A stretch of DNA of 63,326 bases, counting the filler, from Chiloscyllium plagiosum (Eukaryota): NCBI RefSeq assembly GCF_004010195.1. It is 4 parts of one record of this genome, joined end to end, with 100 filler letters (N's around TTAATTAATTAA, not from the genome) between each part and the next. Parts side by side here need not be neighbours in the genome. Positions count along the whole stretch, not along the records: positions 1 to 26,916 come from NC_057710.1; positions 27,017 to 45,305 come from NC_057710.1; 2 more parts are not named here. One strand, 5' to 3'. Numbering within the stretch: the first letter of the stretch is position 1; each line of letters starts with the position of its first letter. A program made the translations under genes and the position numbers. Shown piece after piece: positions 25,070-37,711 of the stretch. Under the pieces are notes generated by a model. It saw nothing but the letters and a program-made list of their open reading frames with translations, ran no database searches and was not told the DNA's origin.

Positions 25070-25710
25070 TTTTTTTCATTTGTACCTGGGATGTGGTCAT
25101 TGCTATCTAGGCCAATATTTATTGCCCACCCCGAAGGGCAGTTGAGAGTCAACCACATTGCTGTGGGCCTGGAGTCAGATGAAGAAGGGCTTATGCCCGA
25201 AACGTCGATTCTCCTGTTCTTTTGATGCTGCCTGGCCTGCTGCGCCTTTCCAGCAACACATTTTTAAGCTCTGATCTCCAGCATCTGTAGTCCTCACTTT
25301 CTCCTGGAGTCATATGTAGGCCAGATCAGGTAAGGATGGAAGATTTCCTTCCCTGAAGGACACTAGTGTATCAGATGGGTTTTTCCCGAACAATTGTAAT
25401 TATTTTAATTCCAGATTTTTATTGAATTTAAATTTCATCTGCTGTTTGGATTCAAACCCAGGTCCCCAGAACATTACCTGGATTAAGACTCTAGTGATAA
25501 TGCTACCAGGTTGCAGTATCTGGTTGCTCATTTCTAATTGCCCCTGAACTGAGTAGCTTCATAGAATCATTTCAGAGGGCAGTTAAGAGTCAATTGCATT
25601 GCTGTGTGAGTTGAGAGTCACAAGTAAGCCAGACCAGGATAACGACGACAGATTGCCTCCTCTAAAGGACATAGCTGAATGTGACGGGTTTTTAGAACAA
25701 TTTATTAATC
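25070..25710 (-). mobile_element. Deu-domain (SacSINE1/AmnSINE-like) SINE remnants, with a Penelope pLTR fragment inserted at 25178-25302
   Basis: Block GAGAGTCAACCACATTGCTGTGGG.CTGGAGTCACATGTAGGCCAGACCAGGTAAGGATGGCAG recurs at about 28300, 34100, 34730, 53520 and 55010. The insert is flanked by CCTGGAGTCA. The family name comes from recall. Confidence 0.55.
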
Positions 25711-26916
25711 TAATACAAATACCACCAGCTACCATGTGAAAATCAGCACACGTTAGTAATGCCGTTAGTAATATTGGGAATACCCCCTGCAAGTTCCCCT
25801 CCAAACCACTCACCATCTTGACTTGCAATTATATCGCCATTCCTTCACTGTCGCTGGCTCAAAATCCTGGAATTCCTTCCTTAACATCATTGTGAGTCAA
25901 CGTACAGCTCACAGACTGCAGCGATTCAACACCACCTTTCTGAGGTGGGCATGTATGTTGGACCAGCTGGAGACTCATGAGTAAATTAAAAAGAATGTAC
26001 TGTTCTCCATCGTGGAACTCAAATCTCTGTGGTGAGATTTAATGCACTCACTTTCTGACTCACAGAGAAGCATACCCACTGAGTCACAGCTGATATTTCC
26101 TTACTGAAATTTTTTATTTGTGGTAATCCTACAGTTTAGTCAATGAGACCTACAATTAGCTTCCTCATAACAAATGAATTGGCTGGACTGAAATTCGGAA
26201 CTTCCCTGAATCTAAATGTAATAAGATCCATTTCCAGTGGGGGGCAGCAGAATCACCTTCTTTCATGCATTGGGAATTTTAAAGCCTACAATAAAAATCA
26301 GCATCTGCTTTGAGTACATTGTCACTGTCATTACAGCCTTACACAGGCAAGTTTACAACACTTGAGTTCTCAATACTCCCTAACTACTTGTCCTTAGGTT
26401 GCAAGGGTCAGCCCTGGCTCAACATTCAGCACTCAAGCCATAGGGTTTTAAAGTCATATGTTCAACTCCCACTCTGCGCATCTTAGCGCAAGATACGATG
26501 AAATAGTCTCTAATTTTCAGGGCTCTTGAGACACACTGGTAGCAACCCTTCCTCTGGGCAAAAAGTCCAAGTCCCACCTGCTCTGGGCCTGTGCATAACT
26601 GAACAGGTTGATAATAGAAACAATCTATAATCTGGCAGCAGTGACAAGGGTCTGCTAAACAGTCAGAGGGATCATCTTTTCCAATGACATGTTAAAGCGA
26701 AACCTCGCTACTATTTCTGCTGGAAATAAAAGAGCTTGTGTTTATTACCGCCCAACTTGACTGTTCCAATGTATTCCTGATGGTCAGCTATTTCAGGAGG
26801 AGATTGGCATATGTTTAATTGGGAGAAAGTGACCACTGCAGATGCTGGAGATCTGAGTTGAAAAGTGTGGTGCTGGAAAAGCACAGCAGATGGGGCAGCA
26901 TCAGAGGAGCAGGAGA

Positions 26917-27016
26917 NNNNNNNNNNNNNNNNNNNNNNNNNNNNNNNNNNNNNNNNNNNNTTAATTAATTAANNNNNNNNNNNNNNNNNNNNNNNNNNNN
27001 NNNNNNNNNNNNNNNN
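26917..27016. other. Artificial scaffold join (N-run, TTAATTAATTAA six-frame stop spacer, N-run); the same at 45306-45404 and 59143-59242
   Basis: Identical 12-mer embedded in ~100-nt N blocks, three times. Confidence 0.9.
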
Positions 27017-27236
27017 GCGTTTGCCCCCTCACTGGTGGATTATGCCATATTATGACTGGAACTCCTTCCTCCAGGTTACTGGGACTATATTCATCTACGG
27101 GCTGTTTGTGACTGAGGACCTGAGGGGGGAACCCATCGAGAACCTGGAGGACGTCATCTACTACGTCAACCCCTCTCCGCGTTTGCCCCCTCACTGGTGG
27201 ATTATGCCATATTATGACTGGAACTCCTTCCTCCAG

Positions 27237-27593
27237 GTTACTGGGACTATATTCATCTACGGGCTGTTTGTGACTGAGGACCTGAGGGGGGAGCCCATCG
27301 AGAACCTGGAGGACGTCATCTACTACGTCAACAGCTCGTGCCGGGTCCTAGAGTTCCTTGTGGCAGTGTGCGTCGTGGCCTACGGCGTGATGGAGTCCAT
27401 CTTCGGGGAATGGAGCTGGATGGGCGCCTCGGTCATTGTCGTGCACTCTTACTTCAACGTCTGGCTGCGCGCCCGCGCTGGCTGGAACAGCTTTGTCCTC
27501 CGCAGAGAGGCCGCCCGGAAGATCAGCTCTCTGCCCCGCGCCTCCCAACAACAGCTTGCTGACTACGCTGATGTGTGTGCCATCTGCTACCAG
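27237..27593 (+). CDS. rnf145: RNF145-like (TRC8/RNF139 family) membrane E3 ligase, penultimate exon
   Basis: Acceptor TCCTTCCTCCAG, donor CAG|GTAGGT, 357 nt in phase 0. VTGTIFIYGLF...DVIYYVN...LEFLVA.CVVAYG...FGEW...HSYFNVWLRA..GW.SF.LRR...CAICYQ matches the recalled RNF145 C-terminal membrane region. It may be a paralog rather than the ortholog. Confidence 0.85.
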
Positions 27594-27707
27594 GTAGGTC
27601 TCTGCACCTCCAATGGGCTGGGGAGTGGGGTTTCGGGAAGACGATGCAAATGGTAGGATAGTGAGGGCACATAGGATGTTGAGGAACCCAATACACAGGA
27701 TTACTTG

Positions 27708-28030
27708 CCGTTGGGTGGTTAGCACTGTTGCTTCATGGTGCCAAGGACCCGGGTTTGATTTCACCCTCTGGCAACTGTCTGTGTGGGGTTTGAACATTCT
27801 CCCCATGTCTGGGTGGGTTTTCTCCCATAGTCCAAAGATGTGCAGGTTAAGGAGATTGGTCATGCTAAGTTACTCAGTGTCCAGGCCTGTGCAGACTCAG
27901 TGGATTAGCCATGAGAAATCCAGGCTTACAGGGATGGAGTAAAGGGGTGGGTCTGGGTGCCCTTTGGAGTATTGGTGTGGACTCGTTGGGTCGAATGGCA
28001 TGCTCCCACACTGTAAGGATTCTGTGATTT
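27708..28030 (+). mobile_element. Degenerate HE1-type SINE (intronic)
   Basis: GTGGTTAGCACTGTTGC...GACCCGGGTTTGATT head and HE1 body. Confidence 0.7.
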
Positions 28031-28426
28031 ATGTCGCTTCATGTGCCAAAACAATCCACAGCCAGTTAACTTGCTTTTTTTTTTAAAAAAAGGGCAATGT
28101 AAACAACATGTGGGGGGCGGGGCGCGATGGCTTGGACTGTTAATCCAGAGACCCAATGAGGACCTGGATTCGAAACCTGTCACAGCAGATGGTGGAATTT
28201 AAATTCAGTAAAAATCTGGAATTAAGAGTCTAGTGATGACCAGGAAACCATTGTTGTTTGTTGGAAAACCCATCTGATTCATTATTGTCTTTTTAGGGAA
28301 AGAAACTGCCATCTTTACCTGGTCTGGCCTACATGCGGCTCCAGACCTACAGCAATGTGGCTGACTCTTAGCTGTCCTTTACCCATGTCCTGTTGACAAG
28401 CATGAAAGAAAATGCTTCCTGGTTCG

Positions 28427-28713
28427 ACAGGGTGGCTCAGTGGTTAGCACTGCTGCCTTACAGTGCCAGCGACCCAGGTTTGATTCCAGCCTCGGGCAAC
28501 TGTTTGTGTGGAGTTTGCTCATTCTCCCTGTGTCTGCGTGGGTTTCCTCCCACAGTACAAAGATTTGCAGGTTAGGCGAATTTGTCATGCTAAATTGCCC
28601 ATTGTTTAAAGGTAATTATAGGATAATCGGGTAGGGGGTGGGTGGGTTATTCTTCAGAGGGCCGGTGTGGACTTGTTGGGTAGAAGAGCTTGTTTCCACA
28701 TTGCAGGGATTCT
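28427..28713 (+). mobile_element. HE1-type SINE (intronic)
   Basis: GGTGGCTCAGTGGTTAGCACTGCTGCC head; ends GTTTCCACA. Confidence 0.75.
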
Positions 28714-29460
28714 CTGGTTATATAACTAGGTCCCACATGCAAGTTGATCGTGTTTGGAAAGCCTTTTTGTTTTAGCGATGTTGGTTGGGACGAATGTTGG
28801 GGTGGAAGAAACTCAATCTTACATCAGAACTCAAAACAAAGTTGTGGAGGAACTAAGCAGGTCAGTCAGCACCATGGAGAGAAACAGAGTTCATGTTTCC
28901 AGCCCAGTGATCCTTTAGCAGTTCTGGAGACTGAGGTGGGGAAACGATGGGTGTAATGCTAAGAAAAGGCGGGAGAAGCAAGTGGAATGGAAAGGAAGGG
29001 TTAGCGACTGAGGGAGATTGGAGATCACAGGCATCACAGAACAACTGAGGTGAGGTCATCTTCACTTTCTCTACAGTCCACTTCAAACCCAAATATACCA
29101 TCTTCATACGTAACCTTTCCAGCTGATTCCGAGGATGTTCAGGACTGATGTATAAAGAGAGACTGGATTGGTTAGGACTATATTCTCTGGATTTTTAAAG
29201 AACAAGGGGCAATCTCATTGAAACCTATATGATTCTAACAGGACTAGACGGGTTAGGCGCACAAAATATGTTCCCAGTGGTGGGGGGGCCCCAGAACCAG
29301 GGGTCACGGTCTAAAGGTAAAGAATAGCCATTTTAAGACTGAGATCAGGAGAAATGTCTTCACCCAGAGAGTGGGGATCCCGTGGAATCTTCCACAGTGG
29401 AGAATGGTTGAGGCCAAAATGTTGAAGGTTTTCAATAAGGAGTTAGGCATAGTTCTTAGG

Positions 29461-29737
29461 GATTTTTGAGAAGATTTATAGCTCAGTTTGATGAAAAGTC
29501 TGTAAGTTATTTCGCTGAGCTTGAAGGTTTGTTTTCAGACATCTCGTTACCATGATTAGTGGTAACATCATCAGTGAGAGTCTCTGGAAATGACATCACC
29601 TACCTTAAGAAACCAAGACCGATAAATAGAGAGATGGGACATACCACCAGCGCTTCACCAGATGATGTTACCTAGTATGGTGACGAAATGTCTGAAAACA
29701 AACCTTCAAGCTCAGTGAGCTAACTTACATACTTATA
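29461..29737. mobile_element. Palindromic Penelope (Poseidon-type)-derived mini-element inside a CR1 fragment
   Basis: Inverted arms (GCTGAGCTTGAAGGTTTGTTTTCAGAC / GTCTGAAAACAAACCTTCAAGCTCAG), each with a GATGATGTTACC...GGT(A/G)ACGA hammerhead-like core. Confidence 0.65.
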
Positions 29738-30696
29738 TTTCTTACGGCTAAAGGTATCAAAGGATATGGGGAGCAAGTGTGAGAGACGTTTTGCATGATC
29801 AGCCATGAAGGCCACTCCTGTTCCTGTTTCCTACGTTCCTGTGTTCTCAATCTCAGCATCACAGTGAAGGTGCGCCTTGAGTTCTTTGTTTTCTTGGGGA
29901 TTGGGAGTCACACGTGGGGCTGTCCCTAATTGCACTTGAGAAGGTGGTGATGAGCTGTAGGTTGACCCACATTCCTGTTGGGCAAAGTTGGGGGGATTCC
30001 AGGGAGTTTGACCCAGTGACACTGAAGAAATGGCGATATATTTCCAAGTCAGATGGGGAGTGGCTCCGAGGGGAACCTGCAGCTGGTTGTGTTCCCATGC
30101 AACTACTGCCTTCGCCCTTCTTGACAGTAGAGTTTGCAAGTTTTGAAATAATTAATATATTACGCCAAGTAACTTTCAAAATGATTTGGTTACCTTGTCC
30201 AACAACCTGGTACCAGTCTAATGTAAGCAAATGCCCTGAACAAGTTTAAATGCTACTCTATATCATTGCTGATGAGATGGTTGAAAGTACATTCCATCGA
30301 GATAATAGTTATAAATCTAACTTAAAAAAAAATTTGAAATTCTAACAGTGGTTATCTGTAGCTTATACAGTAATACTGTGTGTGTAATCTTCCAGTTAAT
30401 AGGAACCACATTTTTGTTCCATCGCCCATGCTTTGAGTAGCAAAAGATTATGAGACAAATATTTCTGTTTGGAAACATTCCCTAGTTTGCATACCAGTGA
30501 GTACAGGATTTGTTATGATCTTATGGTGCTGTCGAAGGATCTTCAGTGAGTTGCTAAAGTGCATCTCGTAGATGGTACACACTGTTGCTACTGAGCATTG
30601 GTGGTGCAGGGTGTGGAGGCTAACGTATTTGTGGCGGTTATTGTTGGATGTTGATTGCTGTTTGTCTCATTTCCATCATTTTTTTTCCCCGCTCAG

Positions 30697-31392
30697 GGCA
30701 TGAGGGCTGCTGTTGTAACAGTTTGCGGACATTATTACCATTCATCGTGTCTCCGGCGCTGGCTGTATGTCCAAAAAACATGTCCCATGTGCCATCAATT
30801 CATAAAGCCATCGCCCCCTCCATCTGAACCTCCTCAGCAGACCGAGGAGGAGGGACAGATTCATGATCAACAACCAGTCCTTCAGGGAGACAATGAAGCC
30901 ACTGGGACAGCAGTGCCTTTGGGAGGTGATGAGGAACAAACCGAGACCTCAGACTTTGGGCCTAGCTCCAGCGGAGATGGCGAACTGCAGTGTGAAGGTC
31001 AGGGAAAGGTCACAAGCCAGGTCGAAGATGAGGATTCTTACCAGAGGGCAGAACCTGAAAAGTCCCAGACTCCAAAGGGAGGCTGGCATCTTGGAATTCC
31101 AGAATTGGAAGAAAACAACTCCGCGGACGGAATGGACTTGGTTGAAATAGAGAGAGAAAATGAAAAGGAGAGCCCGGTCTGTGGGAAAGCTCCTTCCAAG
31201 GAACTAAGCCTCCTGCCTAGCGCAGGCGGAGAGAGTGAACAGGACACTCTGTGCAATGAGTCAGCAAATCGAGATGTTAAACCTCTTCCAGACAAAGCAG
31301 GGGCGCCAGCAAACAGCAGGGATTCTTCACCAATCTCCACAAGGAACCAACCCTCAGGAATAGAACTGACTTTGCCTGATGAAGAAAGTTGA
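30697..31392 (+). CDS. rnf145: RNF145-like terminal coding exon (rest of the RING-H2 plus a long acidic tail)
   Basis: Acceptor TTTTTTCCCCGCTCAG. GMRAAVVTVCGHYYHSSCLRRWLYVQKTCPMCH completes a C3H2C3 RING with the CAIC of the previous exon. TGA at 31390-31392. Confidence 0.85.
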   Translation, partial: GMRAAVVTVCGHYYHSSCLRRWLYVQKTCPMCHQFIKPSPPPSEPPQQTEEEGQIHDQQPVLQGDNEATGTAVPLGGDEEQTETSDFGPSSSGDGELQCEGQGKVTSQVEDEDSYQRAEPEKSQTPKGGWHLGIPELEENNSADGMDLVEIERENEKESPVCGKAPSKELSLLPSAGGESEQDTLCNESANRDVKPLPDKAGAPANSRDSSPISTRNQPSGIELTLPDEES

Positions 31393-32009
31393 CCTTGTTA
31401 CGACTTGGCAAGACAGGAGAGAATGATAGGATATAAACTATGTTCCTGTTAAAACAGAATTGGTTTGTGTTGCCATTCAGCTTGTCCACTCAACATGTGT
31501 GTACATATATGCATATATATCTATAAAAAATTGAACTCTGACCTTTGACTGTCCTTCGGTGGCAGCTATCTTGGAAATCCCCATTTTTCAGAGAAGTCAG
31601 GAAAGGGTCAAAGTTGATCGAACCTGGCCTCATTCAAGTGAACACAATGAGAAGTGTTTCACCCAGGTTACTGTTGGTTGAAGGCTTACTGGTAGTCCAA
31701 GCTACCAAGGAGTGACCCAGCAAAAGTAGGTGTCTCCACTACTAACCCTGTGCTCTTGGTTTGATTTTATTTGTTTGTGCAGTTGGGGATCATTGGTAGG
31801 GCAGGCATTCATTGCCCCATCCCTAACAGTCTTTGGTAAGATGGTGGTGAGTGGCCATCTTGAGTAGCTGCAGTCCTTGGGCATTTGAGCACACTCAGTG
31901 CTGTTAGGAAGCAAACCCAGGGTTTTGACACAGCGACAGTGAATGAACAATGATATTTATCCCAATGTATACCATCTACACGATATATTGCAGAAATTCA
32001 CCAAAATTC

Positions 32010-32450
32010 CAGGTGCCTTTTCAAGGTTGCAATTGTACCAGCCTCCACCACTTCTTCTGGCAGCTCATTCCATGTACACACCACCCTCTGGGTGAAGAAG
32101 TTACCCCTTAGGTACCTTTTAAATCTTTCCCCTCTCACCTTAAACCTGTGCCCCCTAGCTTTGGACTCTCCAACCCCAGGGAAAAGATCTTACCTATTTA
32201 CTCTGTCCCCATATTCCTTGTGATTTTATAAACCTCTATAAGGTCAACCCTCAGCCTTCAATGCTCCAGGGAAAATAACCTCACCCTATTCAACCTCTCC
32301 CTACAACTCAAATCCTCCAGCCCTGGCAACATCCTTGTTAATCTTTTCTAAACCCTTTCAATTTTCACAAAATCCTTCCTATAGGAAGGAGACCAGAATT
32401 GCATGCAGTACTCCAAAAGTGGCCTAACCAATGTCCTGTGCAACCGCAAC
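32010..32450 (-). mobile_element. CR1 LINE 3' fragment
   Basis: Reverse of the CR1 RT C-terminal segment. Confidence 0.7.
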
Positions 32451-35435
32451 TCTCTTTCCCTGTCGTAACCCTCGATTCCCTGACTGACTGACCGACAGAG
32501 CTGTGATAGACAGAATTTTAATGATGTTAAGTAAAGGCTAGCTCTAGAAAGTAGATACCCTGGCCCAACCAGGAGCTGTATTTGTAAAGAATAGGAGTAG
32601 TGGTTATGAACTGGAGTTGTTGCGCTATCTTGAATGTGTCAGGATGTAAAGTCCCTCACTGAGTAACGAGGCACTAACCTTCAATTTTCCTTGAGCTTCT
32701 TTGAGTGGGAGTGGGAAGTGAAAGGTGGGCAAGGGTGGAGCTAGTGCTATCTGCAGCCAGGTTTGCCCCCTCTTCCCGATACTCTCCAACTTCACTTGAT
32801 TTCCATCCACCTCCACCCTTTCACAAACTCTCCCCGACAATGCTGAAAACCCTCCGACAGAGGAAGGGGAAGAGGCCTGCGCTGCTGGGCATTTAGATGG
32901 CTGCCAATCTGTGTTTTGAGTCCATCTTGGATGCCGTAACCCTTTACCTCTCCACCTATTGGAAAAACCTGCCTATCCTCAACTTTGATATCTTCAATTG
33001 ACCCCACCCAGAGCCCCGGATGAGCTTTGGGGGGAAATGGAGGGGGTGAATTATCCAGGGGTGTCCTCAGGAACAGTGTAAGAAAAAGTTTAATGGTGCT
33101 GTGAATAACTCGGGGGAGAAGGGTTGTAGCTGCAAGGATGCTTTCTTCAATTTGATTTTGTTTATTTACATGCATATCCAAATGAGGAAAGAGGTTATTT
33201 GACAGACTGACAATCATCTAGTGGATAATGGTTGCATGCTCGGACTAATAATTAGGGAGGGGAAGGCGGTAGTTGACAGATCAGGTGACTAACGGCAGGA
33301 TGGGTGAGGTGGTTGGAGGTCATGTGACGAAATCTCCTTGGAGATGCCCAACCAGAGTTGACAGCCCTACTGCCTGACCCTACCAACCCAGTTAGTTATG
33401 TCCATTTGTTGCTCTGGCCAGATTGTCTCAAAGGAAGAGTTGGATTGTGTTGGGTCAAGGGGATGGGGGAACATTGTGCATTGCCCCTCCTGCTGACCCC
33501 ATCATTATTCTCCTGCTCCGGCCTCCAAACTACCACGAGGAGAAGCATCATAGTCAAGGAAAGTTCTGGAATTATTACCATTTGTCATCCAGGTCCAGAA
33601 GGTCTTGGTGAGGTTGTGATCATTGATGTTTGAGATGCAGCAATTCAGTCATCATTTAGCTAAAGGACACCACATTGTGCCTTTGTCCTGTCTCCTCCTC
33701 CTTCTCTGCCTTGTATTCTATAACTTTAAATGAAGGTTTGATCTGTGTGAGCCTTTGGCAATTTGAATTGAACTGAAAGTTTTATCTCAGTTCGAGTTGT
33801 GGCTGTGATTCATTCCTCCTGTTTCCAGTTTTGCATTCCAGCAGATCCTGCGCTGGGTCAGACGCAAACTCCATCAGAGTATCCTGGAGTTACCCTGCGA
33901 GGGCATTTCGTGTAACTCTGGCTATTTTCCCGATGACTGTTGGACAGGGCTTCTCAAAGTGGAGGGGTGGGGTGTGCAGGACCCCAAGTGGGGCAATGGA
34001 CACCATCGAACTCTGGCTAACTATTTTCCTTCATTTGTTCATGGGAGTGTGGACATCGCCAGCTTGGGCCAGCATTTGTTGTCCAGAAGGGGTCAACCAC
34101 AGTGCTGTGGGTCTGGAGTCACATATAGGCCGGACCAGGTAAAGATGGCAGATTTCCTTCCCTAAATAAAATTGGTGAATAAGGTTGGGCTTTATGACGA
34201 TTGGCTACGGTTGACATTGGAGCAGTCTGTAGTTTGGTTCCAGAATTTTATTAAATTCAAATGTCACCATCTACCTTCGTTGGGACTCGAGCTAGTCCAT
34301 GGGTATTACCTCCAAGCCCCCACCTCCCCACCGTGACTCCAAACTGCTGCACTCCTACTTGTGCAGACAGCTCCCCTGCCCCCAACCACCCAACCTTGGG
34401 CTCCCCACTCACATCTCTGAGTGGTAGTGACAACTTTGAAGCCTTGAAATGGGATAGTGACAGCGTTTGAGAAGTGTTGATGTAGCAGGTTCCAGGGGTA
34501 TAAGCTGACCGAATTGTTAAATTGTTGAAAATTATCAATGTCATAGATAAATAATTTTCTCAATAAGGAATTGAGAACAAAGATTATTAATTTAAAACTA
34601 TTGCTGAGCTGTTCAGGAGAGGGGGACTGTTGTCTAAAATGTTTTAAATTCATTCACGGGATGTGGGTGACTCTGGTTGGCTCAACATATTGCCCATCGG
34701 GCAGTTAAGAATCAACTACGTTCCTGTGGGTCTGGAGTCACGTGTAAGTCACACCAGGTAAGGATGGCAACTTTCTTCTCTGAAGGATGTTAGTGACCCA
34801 GATGGCAGGATTTGGACCCAGGTCCCCAGAACATTTCATTGGTTCAGTGATCATACCATTAGGCTATTGCCTCCCCTTAAAGTGGAGAGGAATGAATGCG
34901 TGTTCTGGCCAGTGCCAGAAAATTGAATTGTCTAGCCATTGCAGTCTGACAAAAAGCAATGAGAACTCGTATGAAAATTGCAACACTGAAACTCCGAAGT
35001 AGAGCACTGGGATACCAAATGCTGGGAGAGTCAGCCTCTGTATTTTTTGTACCAGACTGTCCATTAACCTATTACCAGCATCAACCAAATGGAGAACTGG
35101 CCATTATCACAAAGGAAGTTAGTTTCAATGACGGACTAAATGAGACTAGAGATATGCAGGACATCAGAATCAGAGGAATACAGGTATCTCGGAGCGCTAT
35201 GGGACAGGAGGTCATTGCTGAAATGGAGAATGAGCAGGACAGTGGAAGGGAATACACGGGGTTGGAGAATGTTAAAGTTTAAAAGAGGAGGAGTTGGGAC
35301 AGAAGGCTGAGAGGAGATCTGATTGAGGTATTCAAAATCACGAGTGAGCTGGATGGGGTGAACTTTTTCTCACCCAAAAAAGAGACAAGGGGAGAGGGCA
35401 TGGCTTTAACATAATTTGCAAACAAAGTAAGGTGT

Positions 35436-35771
35436 GGGTGTAGGTTTGCTCGCTGAGCTAGAAGGTTCATTTCCAGACGTTTTGTCACCCTACTAGATAA
35501 CTTCTTCAGTGAACCTCCGGGCAAAGCACTGCTGATGTTTGCTGCTTTCTATTTATGTGTTTGGCTTTCTTTGGGTTGGTGATGTCATTTCCTGTAGTGA
35601 TGTCATTTCCTGTTCCTTTTCTCAGGGGGTTGTAGATGGGGTCTAACTCAATGTGTTTGTTGATAGAGTTCTGGTTGGAATAGCTATACACACCTTAACG
35701 TATATTCAAAAAGAACGGATACCCAATGAACACAACCTCAACCTGAGCTACAAATCTTCTCAAAACTCACT
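35436..35771 (-). mobile_element. Rearranged Poseidon-type Penelope fragment
   Basis: Minus frame NSINKHIELDPIY (GIY-YIG C-terminus-like), a plus-strand FKKNGYP piece, a degenerate hammerhead at about 35475-35510, and a 12-bp duplication AAAGTAAGGTGT (35424-35435 and 35772-35783). Confidence 0.65.
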
Positions 35772-36339
35772 AAAGTAAGGTGTTGTGAGACAAAAAAACT
35801 TTTCTGTTGGTAAGTAGTTAGTGTACAGAATGAGCCATGCAGAAATGTAGGGAAGACAGGTTCAACTGAGGCATTCAAGAGGGGCACTGGATGATTATTT
35901 GGATAGCAATGATGTTTGGGTATGTAGAGGTCGGTACAGGATAATCGAGCCAGTGCAGGCATGATGGAGCGAATGGCCTCTTTCTGCACTGTAATAATTC
36001 TGTGATTCTGTGAAAGATTGCAGTGTTTCTTGATCAAGAATGTACTTAAGATCAATAAGGGAACCCATGACAATGACATCTGCCAAAGAACTGAAACTTG
36101 CTGCATGGTCTACTGGGGAAGAAAGTCATGGTCTGCAATGGAAACCATGTACAGCAGACACCAGAAATGGCTCGACAAATATCACTCCCATTGATGACGA
36201 TGCAAAATCCTGCAAAGGCACTGGCTTGAGAGATTCTCCAATGTCAGAGACCTCTCCCTGACCAATGTTCCTAAGGCACTTATTACAATCAGACAGCAGT
36301 GTTGGGTAGACATCGTTGACCATGTGCCTGACACAAGGC

Positions 36340-36720
36340 CCACACAACAGGCTGTCTACTCTGAGCTATGTTATGACAAGCGGTTACCAAGAGGGCAGAG
36401 GAAGTGCCTCAAGGACATCCTCAAAATTTCCCTGGAAACATGCAACATCCCCAGCAACTGGCGGGAATCACTGCTCCGACTGGAAGGGGGTGAACCACTT
36501 TGAGCGGCTCAGACAGCCTGGATGGAGGCCAAGTGCAAACAGCGGAAGGAGCATGTGATAGCCCTGGAATCCCACCCACCCACTTCAGCAAGCAGCCCTC
36601 CAATCTGCCTGTAGCAGGGTTTGTGGGACTCGACACCTTAGGATCCATAACTCCAGGGTGGAGGAAGGTCATCCTCAATCCTGGGGGTCTGCATGGGAAA
36701 ACGATGACGGCTTGGTGCGA
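36340..36720 (+). mobile_element. RTE-clade LINE 3' fragment
   Basis: Translates as KRLPRGQRKCLKDILKISLETCNI, typical of RTE ORF ends. Confidence 0.5.
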
Positions 36721-37074
36721 GATTTGGATGGTTTTGAGTTTAGAGAGGGTGGAAGATGGAGGTCCGGTCAAGAGTGTGTTGATCCTTGGATTATGGAGAC
36801 TACCACAGGTTTAGAAAACTGTCAGTGACAGGCCTATTCAAAAGAGAGGGAGGCAAAGATTGGCATCACATCTATTATTGAAAATATTTTGGAATCAATT
36901 ATTAAGGAAGTAATAACAGCATATATGGAAAATCATAATCTAGCCAAAGAGTCAGCATGGTTTGATGAAAAGAAACTTGTACCTGACAAAAGATTAAGTC
37001 ATAAGGTAAGAGCCCACCGTGTTGGAGGTGGGTTATTGGCATGGATAGAGAATTGGTGCATGGGCAAGATTCTG

Positions 37075-37612
37075 GGTAATCCAAGATGGAGGAACGGGAA
37101 AAATTTCTGGCTGTAAGAGCTGCTGATTTTTTGAGGTATTTTAGGTGCTGGAGGTGATTTCTCGTATTCCAGGAACAGCAGTTACTGTTTCATATGCTGT
37201 TGCATTGTTTTGGAACTTTTGAAAAAAAAGTCTAAACAGCAGCAGTTTTAAAAGGGGAGAAGAAGAGACAAAGGAAGCACATGGTGAGGTCAGTGCAGGA
37301 GAGAGAGAGAGAGAACCTGCACTGTTACCGCCTTTGCTGTTTGAATTCGTGTATCACTGGACATTGTGCATCTGGGAAAATTATCAAACAGTGAAATTCA
37401 CAACTAATCTTGGAGGATGGAATGAGTTGCCAGAGGAAGTGGTGGAGGCTGGTACAATTGCAACATTTAAGAGGCATTTGGATGGGGAGATGAATAGGAA
37501 GGGTTTGGGGGGATATGGGCCGGGTGCTGGCAGGTGGGACTAGATTGGGTTGGGATATCTGTTCGGCATGGACGGGTTGGACCGAAGGGTCTGTACATCT
37601 CTATGACTCTAT
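37075..37612 (+). mobile_element. LINE 5' UTR-like repeat fused to a CR1 3' end
   Basis: 37075-37310 is similar to 49342-49578 and is followed after ~100 bp by the CR1 terminal ~200 bp. Confidence 0.55.
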
Positions 37613-37711
37613 GAGCAACAGGGGTGGTTTTCTTCAGGTTGCCATCCTGTGACCATTTGGTTTCTACAGGGATCAGCCCTCTAGCCACAACGGTTTACAA
37701 TATATATTGTA

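Noticed and set aside
900..26916. gnrh2, the usual neighbour upstream of MRPS26
   Set aside because: No [10 protein letters not shown]-coding sequence was spotted by eye; it may lie in a gap or elsewhere.
26961..26972. Palindromic TTAATTAATTAA islands (also 45350 and 59187) as biological sites
   Set aside because: Embedded in N-runs and stops in all six frames: a scaffolding spacer.
27021..27236. PPHWWIMPYYDWNSFLQ as a protein repeat
   Set aside because: It is translated intron upstream of the acceptor, inside a probable assembly duplication.
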